Below are positions 12,835 to 25,333 of a stretch of 64,000 nt of DNA, piece after piece; within the stretch, counting starts at the first letter, position 1; each line of letters begins with the position of its first letter. Under the pieces are notes generated by a model that was not told the origin of the DNA, ran no database searches, and was given only the letters and a program-made list of their open reading frames with translations. The stretch is taken from positions 310,001 to 374,000 of the forward strand of contig NW_027254369.1 of NCBI RefSeq assembly GCF_044704955.1, written 5' to 3'. The stretch is from Pristiophorus japonicus. Its lineage: Eukaryota. Made by a program: the position numbers and the translations under genes.

Positions 12835-13165
12835 ATCATAGGTTGTCGTTCAAACGAGGATGACTTGCTTCCACAAGAGTTCGCAGATGTTTCAATGAAG
12901 GACCCGATGTTCCAGTCCTGAACTCCAGTTGAGGGGGTGGAAGATGCCTGTGCGTGGATTTATTTAATGTGTGACGACCATTACACACCAGCCACCACAC
13001 GGGCTAGGTCTTGGTCCAGTGACAAGGGTTAACCAGGATGACTGGAGACCAGCTCTGCTGCACGGGCCTAGTGCGCACACATCGCAGTGTGGGCTGGCCC
13101 GTGCTGCCCCTGGGCCCTCGGCTCTTCTGGGCCCCGTGCCCTCATTCGCCGCACCTTCGCCCACG
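12835..13165 (-). mobile_element. RTE-tailed retroposon copy
   Basis: Reverse complement of ~690-1008. Confidence 0.8.
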
Positions 13166-13754
13166 TACCAACTATTGCCAGAGTCTGGGGCTGTACTGCC
13201 ATAGACCATACAAAGAAACTGCAAAACAACTTAACTACCACTGGCAATCTCTTCTGCGTGCAGAACGGCGGTTGTGTGTTGAGCGCACTTCAAGCAAACT
13301 ACCAGCAAGTGACCGAGACACCCTTGTTTAAAACTGCTCATGTCCAGACACTGTTTGCTCAGCCTCCCGAGTATGAGAGCGCTTGTTCCTGTGTAAATGA
13401 ACATTACTCAATAGATTCCGTTGGGCAGTACACAGGCAAATAAAAATGTTCATTAAAAATATGTTTAGCTCCGCACCTAGCAACCAGGGAGTCTCTAGAT
13501 GGTGGCAATATAAACCCCCGGTAGCATTGGTGGGTTCCACTAAAGTGTACTGGTGTGTGTGTGTGTGCACGTGCGCGCGAGCGAGAGAGAAATGTTCACA
13601 CTGCGTCCACTGTGCAGGGAGGCTCACGAGCAGTCCAATACTGGATTCAGACCGGCCAAACTTGCGGGTGTTTCTCGAGAGTATTTGAGCTCACATCAAT
13701 TGGAGTCGATGAATCGAGTGTTTTACATATTAAAACACGGAGCCTCAGACAATG

Positions 13755-14100
13755 AGGGGCACCCAGCAAATATTGACACATTCGCGAGGATCCCTTGCAA
13801 TAATCGACCGCGCTGTCAAAGACCCAATACAAACACATTCCTGGGGACATCCTGCAAATACTGACACATTCTGTTGGGCCGAGAGACATCTGCAGATTTT
13901 AAATACACTCTTGGGATCCCCCCCAAGGATATTAACACATGCTCAAGGACCCCTCCCCGAACATATCAACACACCATTTGGGATCCCCGGAGGATATTAA
14001 CACACTCTCAGGCACACCCAGAGGATATTAGCACACTCTCGGGTACTCCTGCAGATGATGAAATACCCCCAGGGACCCTCTAAATATCAACAGGCTCTTT
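13755..14100. repeat. Decayed ~30-bp tandem repeat
   Basis: About 10 recurrences of ggga(t)ccc..gatattaacacactctc-like units. Confidence 0.7.
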
Positions 14101-14477
14101 AATTTCCAAACAACGTCAGCCAACCCAACAGAAAACAGCGCTGGCGTTGCAGGAACAACGTGTTAGATATTCAACAAATACAGAAATCGGATGACTCCCC
14201 GGGAATCCCCTTTAGGCCCCAGTTAGAAAACATACTGTTCTAGTGTGATTTTTTTCTGCCTTCCAGTATGGGCACTGCACAGGATGTGCTAAATGCATCT
14301 AACAATACTGGGCGAGTGCTGCACTGATATTTACTACTGATGGGTCAACAAGGTCAACGCTGGCTCCCCAGCCAGCTCTGGATTGAACCACCTCTGGGTT
14401 TGTTTTGCCGTGATTTGCACCAACAACGGACAGCCCAATGCGGTGAACGTCGTCAGTTCTGCACTTGCAGTTCTGCA

Positions 14478-15180
14478 CAAAAAAAAAATCAAGGCTGACA
14501 CTCCCAGTATGGTATTGAGGGAGTGTCGCACTGTCGGAGGTGCCGTCTTTTGGATGAGACGTTAAACCGAGGCCCCGTCTGCTTTCAGGTGGACGCAAAA
14601 GATCACACAGCACTATTTCGAAGAGCAGAGGAGTTCTCCCCAGTGTCCTGGGCCAATATTCATCCTCAACCAACATCGCCATAACAGATTATCTGGCCAT
14701 CATCACATTGCTGTTTGTGGGAGCTTGCTGTGCGCAAATTAGCTGCTGCGTTTCCTACATTACAACAGTGACTACGCTTCTGGGGCCCAGAACAGGCGAG
14801 GGCCCAGGGGCAGCACGGGGCCAGCCCACACTGCGATATGTGTGCGCACTAGGTCCGTACAGCAGAGCAGGTCTCCAGTCGTCTTGGCTAATCCTTGCTA
14901 CTGGACCAAGACCTAGCTCTGTCAAGAACAGTGTGGTGGCTGGTGTGCAACGGCCACCCCACGTTAAAAAAAATCCACGCACAGGCATCAATGAAGGACC
15001 TGGAATTTTAGGTCCTTCATTGAAACACCTGTGAACTTTTTGACGTGGAAGCAAGTCATCCTCGATTCGAGGGACTGCCTATGATGATGACACCTCAAAA
15101 AGTACTTCATTGGCTGTAAAGTGCTTTGGGACATCCGGTGGCCGTGAAAGGCGCTATATAAATGCCCGTCTTTCTTTCCT
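14478..15180 (+). mobile_element. Deu-domain SINE interrupted by an RTE-tailed retroposon (~14779-15090)
   Basis: SINE body stops at gtgactacgcttc and resumes at acacctcaaaaagtacttc after the insert. Confidence 0.85.
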
Positions 15181-16464
15181 TTTCCCAGCAGAGAGGAGCA
15201 CTCGAACATTTCTGGGTGCTGAGAGTTGCTGTGAGGCAGCGTGAAACAATGGGCCCCAATTGGTGGCACAGCGCACTAAACTATCAGAGCAGTGGGACTC
15301 CTAACACCGGTGCTCTTCACTGGAGTAAGGACGGTGTAGGTGCAGCAGATTGTAGGCTGCATGATATCGAGTCGCCCTGGGTACCTGAATGATCAGTATT
15401 CAACAGAAGCACTTGCAGACACCGAGGGCAGGGTCACTGGGAACAATGAATGTGTCTCGCCCGACGTCACTCATACGCTTGACTCCCTTCCACAGAACGG
15501 GCAGCTTCCCAAACTACAGCAGACAGAAATTACTACACTATCCCAATGAACACAGGTTTACAACATGTCTTTAACGTAGCACCTTAATAAGCAGGAAAGG
15601 AGGCAGCGGCTCCGGTGAGGCACTGCAAGCGAGAACAGCGAATTCTGCACAGACCAAGCTTCAAAGCAAAACTGGAGTGTCGGGACGCTTGCGCTGGTAA
15701 CTGCTGTTTGATACCAGACTGTTGCTGCTCCCAGTGCCAAAACTGCGAGCTCAAATCAAACATCAATTAACAAAATGACTATTGATTGCCTGTCATTAAC
15801 ATAGCTTTGCATCAACTGCTGCTCCGTCTGACAATCGCTGTGCAGAATGCGATCCTACCCGAGGCGGTCCTATAGGTAATGCCATCGCCCCTTGTGAACA
15901 AAGCACTGGATTGCGGTACCGTCTAATTATCTGGCGTTTACACTGAAGGACGCAGGCCCGGTACTGTGCAAGAGCAGGGCAAGTTGGGGGGGAGTACAAG
16001 TTCACAGGACAATAAAGGCAGCACCTCAGGTTGATAAGTCTAAAAAAAAAAAGCATTCTAGGCAACATTCACTAAGCATCGCGGCCGCATTGTTCTCTGC
16101 CAGTCCCGAGCAGCCCCTTAAAGAGGCCGCAAACCCCCAAAAAAATCAGGGGAACATTGATCTAGGTTTTATCGCAAGCAGTGTAGAATATAAAAGCCAA
16201 GAAATAACGGTGAGCCTATATAAAACCAGAAATAAGACCCGAGCACTACATGTAGTATCGTGCGCCGGACTATAGCAAGGGTATTGAGGGCACAGAGCAA
16301 ATTCACTGATACAGTGAGAGAAAACACAAAGACTTGAAAATGTGGGTCTTTTTTTTTTATATTACCACTTAATCTGCGTGGTTCTATGACAGAAGTGTCT
16401 AAAATTATGAAAAGATGGAGACAGGGAAGATAGAAGCAGACTTTCCAGTAGTTGAGGGGTAAAC

Positions 16465-16750
16465 AACTTGTATTTATATAGGGCTTTTAACGCAGTGAAA
16501 CGTTCCAAGACGCTACACAGGACTGTTATAAGACAAGAATTTTTTTTCTGACACCGAGCCAGATAAGAAGAAATTAGGCCACAAGCTTGGTCAAAGAGGT
16601 AGGTTTTAAGGAACGTCTTGAAGGAGGAAAGAGGCGCGGAGAGGTTTAGGGAGGGAATTCCAGAGCTTGGGGCCCAGGCAGCTGAAGGCACGGCCGCTGA
16701 GCGATTATAATCAGGGATGCTCAAGGCAGATTTTGAGGAGCGCAGATAAC
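16465..16750 (-). mobile_element. L2 LINE 3' fragment (another at ~19345-19610)
   Basis: SSFKTFLKTYLF peptide; matches the 56490-57215 copy. Confidence 0.8.
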
Positions 16751-17269
16751 TTCGGGCGGGTTAAAGAATAAGTGGCTACAAACACGATTAAAGGCAAGAG
16801 ATTTAGAACGGAGGGCAAGAGAAACTGCCACACAGAGTTGTGAGCCACGTGTCGCGCTGCAGTCTGGAGGTCCCGCGCAGGAAGCTCACCTGCTTTTATA
16901 AAGAAACCGCGCACACACATTTGAATGGAAATGAGGGGAAACATTGGTTGTAGTTAAGGCAGAAACTATCGGGATTCGGTTAGAGAGGTGGATAAAGGGA
17001 TTGAAGGGATATGGGAACAGAGCAGGTAAATGTGCGGAGGACTATTTGCTCGAGCAGTGGGTAAACACCAACAGAGACTGGTTGGGCCGTATGGCCTCTT
17101 CCCATGTTCCATCTTTTCTATGTATTTCTATTCTTCAGCTGTACAGATGAGAAGGTCCCGGGTTCGATTCCCTCGTGTGCTGATCTCAGCTGGAGTTGGG
17201 GGCTCGGCATTACGGAGCGGGGAGGACAACCGGATTCAGTGGTGCAAAATAATCCAAGCTAGCGACTCT

Positions 17270-17705
17270 GTCAGCCGTGGCTCAGTGGGCAGCACTCTCG
17301 CCTCGGAGTCAGAAGGTTGTGGGTGCAAGTCCCACTCCAGGGACTTGAGCATGTAAATCCAGGCCGACACTCCCAGTGCAGTGCTGAGGGAGCGCCGCAC
17401 TGTTGGAGGTGCCGTCTTTCAGAGGAGACGTTAAACCGAGGCCCCGTCTGCTCTCTCAGGTGGACGTGAAAGATCCCATGGCACTATTTCGATGAAGAGC
17501 AGGGGAGTTTTTGGGACTAATATTTATCCCTCAACCAATATCTGGTCATCACATTGCTGTTTGTGGGAGCTCGCTGTGCGCAAATTCGTTGCTGCGTTTC
17601 GCACATTACAACAGTGACTACACTTCAAAAAGTACTTCATTGGCTGTAAAGCGCTTTGGGACGTCCGATGGTTGTGAAAGGCACTATATAAATCCAAGTC
17701 TTTCT
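17270..17705 (+). mobile_element. Near full-length tRNA-headed Deu-domain SINE (SacSINE1/AmnSINE1-like)
   Basis: A box tggctcagtgg, B-box-like gggtgcaagtccc, central gagacgttaaaccgaggccccgtctg block, tail aaaggcactatataaat. Confidence 0.88.
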
Positions 17706-17877
17706 TATCAATATCCTGCAGGAAAGAGAGTATTGTATGGGCAGGATCGGGTAAGCCCCCCGGTGCTAGACGGAACCCCAGCAGCCAAGAAGAGAGACGT
17801 GAAAAGAAACAAAACCAGCAAGATTTTACCTTCAAAGGAAATGGGACATCTTTAAAAAATAAATAAATAAAACTCAC

Positions 17878-18000
17878 CTCCTTCCCAAAACCCTCGACTC
17901 ATACTGGGGTAGACGTTCAAGGATTGGAAATAAACAAACAAGGAGCGTACAAATGTGAAGCAAGATCTGACAAGGTGCAACAGTTCTTTAAAGACTCCAG
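17878..18000 (-). CDS. ARHGEF18: Candidate alternative exon of the RhoGEF gene (open frame GVFKELLHLVRSCFTFVRSLFVYFQSLNVYPSMSRGFWEG; internal ATG at 17902)
   Basis: Acceptor ttattcttttag, strong donor GAG|gtgagt; 123 nt, symmetric phase 1-1, stop-free only in the frame that joins exon 2707-2774; its only ATG is in that frame with A at -3. Confidence 0.6.
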
Positions 18001-18574
18001 CTAAAAGAATAATTTGTCCAAGTGACCTCCTGCCAGCTCCGAGCCCAGACTGAACCGCAACAGGAGAGAATATTTATTCCTGAGCAAGGTTGTAGAAAGG
18101 TGACCCCAATAACATTTTCCTTAATAAATGCACGCTCCATTCTGCCCTCAGGCAAGCATTGACATGCAAAGAGCATTCTGCCCAACCTGTGTCACACTGA
18201 GCAGTGATCAGTGTGGAGGGGCTGTGCGGGGGGGGGGGGGGGGGGAAGAGGGGGGGTTAAAAAGTTGGAGGAGGGCAGTCGGAAGGTCAAAATCTTTCAC
18301 TGAAGTCTCAGTCCACAACTTTCAAGCCCATAGGCTTTGAAGGATGCAATGCTGAAACAAATCTGGGTTGTCTGGGTGAAGTGTTTTAGAAATACACGGG
18401 AGACAGGGAGCAATTACTAATCTATAGCTGTGCGGACGCTTGCCTTAACTGGTATATTGGGGCTAAAACTAACCAGCTGAACCGATGACTGCAAGGATCT
18501 GCCCCAACACTTTTCTTTTGCTGTTAATGTATCCTCTCAAATTGCTCCTTGCACCAGTGAGAGATCTGCACTCG

Positions 18575-19042
18575 TGTTATACAGTGACAGACCTGTGCCC
18601 ACCAGTACTGTACCCCAGTGTTATACAGTGACAGACCTTACCCCCCAGTACTGTACCCCAGTGTTAGTGACAGACCTGTACCCACCAGTACTGTACCCCA
18701 GTGTTAGTGACAGACCTGTACCCACCAGTACTGTACCCCAGAGTTAGTGACAGACCTGTACCCACCAGTACTGTACCCCAGTGTTAGTGACAGACCTGCA
18801 CCCACCAGTACTGTACCCGTTATACAGTGACAGACCTGTATCCACCAGTACTGTACCCGTTATAGTGACAGACCTGTACCCACCAGTACTGTACCCCAGT
18901 GTTATACACTGACAGACCTGCACCCACCAATACTGTGCCCCAGTGTTAGTGACAGACCTGCACCCACCAGTACTGTAACTGTTATACAGAGTCAGACCTG
19001 TACTGTACCCCAGTGATAAAGTAACAGACTTGTACCCACCAG
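18575..19042 (-). repeat. Second array of the 44-bp minisatellite, inverted, with 40/41-bp variant units
   Basis: (cagtgacagacctgtacccaccagtactgtaccccagtgtta)n. Confidence 0.95.
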
Positions 19043-21430
19043 AGTGTGGCAGGGGAGATGGACGCTGGCTACTCTGGCTGGCCCCTGGACTGACTCTCGG
19101 AGTGAGTCAGTATTTGCAGGGGTCCCTGAGAATCATCCCCTCAAAGAAAAACAGTGCCATCAAAGAATAATACAAACATGCTCGACAACAAATATAGAAA
19201 TCCAACAGGTGTAGAGGACCCCCCCCCAACCCCATGCTCCGACATCACATGGACCGCCCCCCGCCCCCCCCAGGGAACCGTATCACAGTGGGAGAAGGGT
19301 GAACTGAAAAGCTGATGGAGTGGGGTTGTAAATGAGCCACTTAGCAATTTGTATTTATATAACACCTTTAACATAGTAAAACATCCCAAGCTGCTTCACA
19401 GGAATGATTAAACAGAATTGGACACCAAGCCACACAAGGCGAACTTAGGTCAGATGACCAAAAAGCTTGGTCAAAGAGGTAGGTTTTAAGGAGCGTCTTA
19501 AAAGGAGAGCAGGAGAGAGGTTTAGGAAGGGAATTTCAGAGTTTAGGACCCAGGCAGCTGAAGGCATGGCCGCCAATGGTGGAGCGATTAAACTCAGGGA
19601 TGCTCAAGACCAAAAACACCTCCTTCCTCCTCCTCCTCCTCCTCCTCCTCATTTCAGCAGAGGAACAGACAGAATTATTTCTACTGCTTATGGCACACGA
19701 GTTTGCTCGCCAGAAGCAAAGGAGAAGCCTTTGGCTTGAATAGCCGTGCTTCCCAAATAAGCATCAGTTTCTCTCAAGCTGCTTTTCTGTTGCTGGAGAT
19801 GCCAGAGTCTCAGCTTTGACTCCTCAATCGCTGACCTTAGCAAATCCTGGCGGGTCTCTCTTGTGGGGGGGGGGTGGTGGGAAGCAGCTTCACTCAACCT
19901 TGTTCAAGCCTGTGACTACAGCCTTCTGGAGCTGCGCGTTCCTGCAATCTCGCCACAGATTCGCCCACTCCAGAGGGCACGGCCCACGAGATTCAGAAAC
20001 CCGTCAGCAGCTTCCGAGCACCGCGCACTCTCACGGCCAAAGTATTTATTTTTTTCGCTTTCCCCCCGCAAAACAGTATATTTTGGAGGCGCTCGGTTGC
20101 GCCAGCGTCTGAGCCTCTGCGTAAACAAGGTCCAGCGAATGTTTATACCAACAGCTCTGAAGTAAAAGGCCAGCTTTAAATGCAGACATTTATTGAAGGA
20201 GTTTGCCGTCTTGACACGATTGGCGATGTCAATTCTGTTCAGCTGCACTGCAGCCGTGTTTTCGTTGCTCGAGTGTTTGTTCGGGCAGCAGCCAAAATCT
20301 AGTCACACAACATTTATTTAAAAAGGGGGATGGGGGCGGAGAGATTTTAAATCGCACTCCACCAAATACAACCACCGAAATATTGTTGCATCCTGAAAGG
20401 CGGCGGGCATCAAACACCGATTACAATAGCGCTTGGCGAGGCGATCTGCTATTTACATTCCAGAGGAGGCGCCCATATCGAAGAGGAGATGGTCAGGCCA
20501 GTCACTGCAAGGCTCTGCACCAACCTTTCCAGGCACTGATTCATCAAAGCAAGAGTTCAAAAAAAAAAACTTATTTCAGGCAGGAGAGTACACCAAGGAT
20601 GAGTGTCCGAGAGACCCGGTTATTTGCTGCTCGTGCCTCAGCAGAGACTCTGATTATTCACTCACGCAGGCCCCGTCAATGTTTCCACCGCACGAGTAAA
20701 TGGGCCTCAAGTCTAAAGCGTTTGGATGGAGACTCCCGTGTCTGAACATGTCCACCCACAGGTGTGCGATGGGCGGTAGCTGCATGAACACACCTTAAGA
20801 CTGGTTTCAAAAAATTTGAGCGATTGGCCCATCCATCAAGCAGTCAAACTGGATTCCATTACAGGCCACTGAAACGTTGTTAAAGCCAACCGAAAAGTTT
20901 GCTGTACAACACGAGCGGGCAATTCCTTTTGTAACCTCCTTCCTCCCCCTTCCCTCCACACCGCCCCGCCACCGTCGTTAGAGGCACTGAACTCAGTCAA
21001 CCCTCAAGCAATCCTGTCCAGCTATTCGACTGAGAGGGGCATCATCATATCCAGTGGATAGAGAGCAAGCGTTTCCTGCTTCGGGGTTCTGAACGCTGCA
21101 GCCTGTCCGTCACAGAGAGCACCTCTGCCTCTACAATGCTGCCTGCCTTATGCCCCTAACCCACACCTCCGCCACAGAAAGTCTTCCATCAGAGCCCAGC
21201 ACCAGCAGTGGTCGGGAGACAACGATGTGGGACTGTCCAGTCCCTCTTCTCGCGACTGACAGAACCAACGTGTTTCACTTGAAATTTCTGCTTTAATTTC
21301 ATCTGCTGCCCTTGCAGCTCTTCCCCTGCCCCTCATCATTCAGTTGTACGCCCCTCTCGTGTCCTCTACACCTCCACACTCTATTTGCACATTCTTTCAC
21401 GCTTTCCACATTTTCATTATCTCACTAATG

Positions 21431-21545
21431 ATCTGATGAAAGTTCATTAACCTGAAACATTAACTGTTTCTCTCTCCACAGATGCTGCTTGACCTGCTGA
21501 GTATTTCCAGCATTTTGTTCCGATTTCCAGCACCAGCAGTGTTTT
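21431..21545 (+). mobile_element. Penelope-like terminal repeat with hammerhead-like core
   Basis: CTGATGA-aagttcattaacct-GAAAC followed by tctctctccacagatgctgc..gacctgctgagtatt, homologous to 3110-3177. Confidence 0.7.
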
Positions 21546-21869
21546 ATACCATGTTCCCATTTTCTAGTAAGCAGTTTACAAGTCATTTGATCTATTAACC
21601 AACTCTGCGCTCGGTGTATCCTTTCCCTCTCTCCTTCTCTCTCCATTTTAACCTGTTAGCCTTCAACTAAGAAGAAATAAACACAGCCGATGCTGGAAAA
21701 ACCAGAAAACGATGGAATCATACAGCAGTGTTTACCAGTGATGAAAAAAAACGCAGAATGTCTGTTCTCCCCACAACTGCTGGACTGTTGTGTGTTCCAA
21801 GATTTTGTGTTTTCATTTCAGATTTCCAAAATATGCCACCTTCCTTTTTATTTCAAGTTTTTATTATGT

Positions 21870-22250
21870 GTTAGCTCAGTGTAGCGCACTCATCTGAGCC
21901 AGCAGGTTGTGGGTTCAAGTCCCACTCCAGGGTCTTGAGCACAAAAATCTCGACTGACACTCCCAGTGCAGTGCTGAGGGAGTGCTGCACTGTCAGAGGT
22001 GTCGTCTTTCAGATGAGGCGTTAAACAGAGGCCCCGTCTGCTCTCAGGCGGATGTAAAAGATCCCGTGGTGCTATTTCAAAGAAGAGCAGGAGTTATCCC
22101 CAGTGTCCTGGCCAATATTGATCACTCAATCAACATAAAAACAGATTATCTGGTCATTATCACATTGCTGCTTGTGGGAGCTTGCTGTGCACAATATGGC
22201 TGCCACGTTTCCCACATTACAATAGTGGCTACACTCCAAGTATTTCATTG
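21870..22250 (+). mobile_element. Deu-domain SINE
   Basis: Same family as 17270-17705. Confidence 0.85.
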
Positions 22251-22575
22251 CTCAACACCATCGAGGACAAAGCAGCCCCGCTTGATTTGCCCCCCCACCG
22301 CTCACCATCTTAAACATTCACTCCCTCCACCACCGGCACACCGTGGCTGCAGTGTGCACCATCTACAAGACGCACTGCAGCAACTCGCCAAGGCTTCTTC
22401 GGCAGCACCTCCCAAACCCGCGACCTCTACCCCCTAGAAGGACAAGGGCAGCACGTTCCCCTCCAAGTCACACCATCCTGACTTGGAAATACATCGCCAT
22501 TTCTTCATCGTCGCTGGGTCACAATCCTGGAACTCCTTCCCGAACAGCACTGTGGGAGCACCTTCACCACACATA

Positions 22576-23516
22576 GGGCCCAAGTTTCCACAAGAAAAAA
22601 AACGGGCGCCCCTCCGAGCTGGGCGCCCGTTTTTTGCGCCTAAAAAAATCCTCGGTATTCTCCACCTACTTACAGGTCGTCTGGCCCTCGGTGCAGCCAG
22701 CACAAGCTGTGGGAGGGGGGGGGGGGGCGGAGCCAGGTCCCGGCGCTGAAAACAGTGCCGGGACCTCTGCACATGCGCGCTACAGTCGGCACGCAAGTGC
22801 AGTAGCTCCAGGCGCCGAACAGTGTGGGAGGGGCCCGAAGCACGCAGCCCCTAGCCCTGGCCCAATGGCCTCACTGGGGCTGCGTGAATGAGGCTCTTCC
22901 CACGGCCAGCTCCTTCTCCCCCCCCCCGACCAGACTTGACCCGACACCACCCCCCCACCCCCCCGCCCTGCCCCGAGACCCGCTCCCCCCCCACCCCGCG
23001 ACCCGCTCCCGCCCTCTCTTTCTCTCTGCGGCACGAACGGCTGCAGAAGCACTTTCACACAGGTGGGAAGATGGTTTATTTAATCTTTTCTTGGCTTATA
23101 AATGTTTATTCAGGTTGGATTTATTTGTATAATATTTGTAGAAGTATAAATAAGGATTTATTGTCGAATTTAATGAGTTCCCTTCCCCCCCCCACCCCCT
23201 CGTTCTGGACGCCTAATTTGTAACCTGCGCCTGATTTTTTAATGTGTGGAACAGGTTTTTTCAGTTCTACAAAAATCTTCACTGGCTCCATTCTACTTTA
23301 GTTTGGAGTACATTTTCACTGTGGAAACTTTCAAATCAGGCGTCAGTGGCCGGACACGCTCCCTTTTGAAGAAAAAATTCTGTTCTAAACTAGAACTGTT
23401 CTACCTGACTAGAACTGCAGAAAAAAGAAATGTGGAGAATTGCGATTTCTAAAATAGTCCGTTCTCCACCAGTTGCTCCTAAAAATCAGGCGCGAATCAT
23501 GTGGAAACTTGGGTCC
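22576..23516. mobile_element. MITE copy 1 (~940 bp, 17-bp TIRs)
   Basis: gggcccaagtttccaca ... tgtggaaacttgggtcc; non-coding; three copies in the window. Confidence 0.85.
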
Positions 23517-25333
23517 ATTGAAACACAGAAAATAGGTGCAGGAGTAGGCCATTCGGTCCTTCGAGCCTGCACCGCCATTCAATAAGATCATGGCTGATCA
23601 TTCACCTCGGTAACCCTTTCCTGCTTTCTCTCCATACCCCTTGATCCCTTTAGCCGTAAGGGCCATATCTAACTCCCCTCTTGAATATATCCAATGAACT
23701 GGGATCGACAACTCTCTGTGGCAGGGAATTCCACAGATTAACAACTCTCTGAGTGAAGAAGTTTCTCCTCATCTCAGTCCTAAATGGCTTACCCCTTATC
23801 CTTAGACTATGTCCCCTGGTTCTGGACTTCCCCAACATAGGGAACATTCTTCCTGCATCTAACCTATCCAGTCCCGTCAGGATGTTATATGTTTCTGTGA
23901 GATCCCCTCATCCTTCTAAACTCGTGAATACAGGCCCAGTCGATCCAGTCTCTCCTCATATGTCAGTCCTGCCATCCCGGGAATCAGGCTGGTGAACCTT
24001 CGCTGCACTCCCTCAATAGCAAGAATGTCCTTGCTCAGATTAAGAGACCAAAACTGAACACAATATTCCAGGTGAGGCCTCACCAAGGCCCTGTACAACT
24101 GCAGTAAGACCTCCCTGCTCCTATACTCAAATCCCCTAGCTATGAAGGCCAACATACCATTTGCCTTCTTCACCGCCTGCTGTACCTGCATGCCAACTTT
24201 CAATGACTGATGTACCATGACACCAAGGTCTCGTTGCACTTCCTTTTCCTAATCTGTCGCCATTCAGATAATATTCTGCCCTCGTGTTTTTGCCACCAAA
24301 GTGGATAAACTCACAGTTATTCACATTATACTGCATCTGCCATGCATTTTTACATTCACCTAACCTGCCCAAGTCACCTTGCAGCCTCTTAGCATTCTCC
24401 TCACAGCTCACACCGCCACCTAGCTTAGTGTCATCTGCAAACTTGGAGATATTACACTCAATTCCTTCATCTAAATCATTAATGTATACTGTAAATAGCT
24501 GGGGTCCCAGCACTGAGTCCTGCGGCACCCCACTAGTCACTGCCTGCCATTCTGAAAAGGACCCGTTTATCCCGACTCTCTGCTTCCTGGCTGCCAACCA
24601 GTTCTCTATCCACGTCAGTACATTACCCCCAATACCATGTGCTTTAATTTTGCACACCAATCTCTTGTGTGGGACCTTGTCAAAAGCCTTTTGAAAGTCC
24701 AAACATACCACATCCACTGGTTCTCCCCTGTCCACTCTACTAGTTACATCCTCAAAAAATTCCAGAAGATTTGTCAAGCATGATTTCCCTTTCATAATCC
24801 ATGCTGACTTGGACTGATCCAGTCACTGCTTTCCAAATGCGCTGCTATTTCATCTTTAATAATTGATTCCAACATTTTCCCCACTACTGATGTCAGACTA
24901 ACCGGTCTATAATTACCCGTTTTCTCTCTCCCTCCTTTCTTAAAAAGTGGTGTTACATTAGCTACCCTCCAGTCCAGAGGAACTGACCCAGAGTCGATAG
25001 ACTGTTGGAAAATGATCACCAATGCATCCACTATTTCTAGGGCCACTTCCTCAAGTACTCTGGGATGCAGACCATCAGGCCCCGGGGATTTATCGGCCTT
25101 CAATCCCATCAATTTCCCCAACACAATTTCCCACCCAATAAGGATATCTTTCAGTTCTTCCTCCTCACTCGACCCTCGGTCCCCTAGTATTTCCAGAATG
25201 TTATTTGTGTCTTCCTTCGTGAAGACAGAACCAAAGTATTTGTTCAACTGGTCTGCCATTTTTGTTCCCCATTATAAATTCATCTGAATCTGACTGCAAG
25301 GGACCTACATTTGTCTTCACTAATCCTTTTCTC
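23517..25333 (-). mobile_element. 5'-truncated CR1 LINE
   Basis: RT ORF pieces 23916-25259; inserted in an older LINE fragment that resumes at ~25335. Confidence 0.95.

Noticed and set aside
17270-17345. tRNA-like sequence with A/B boxes (also ~27190, 45500, 50470)
   Set aside because: Heads of Deu-domain SINEs, not tRNA genes.
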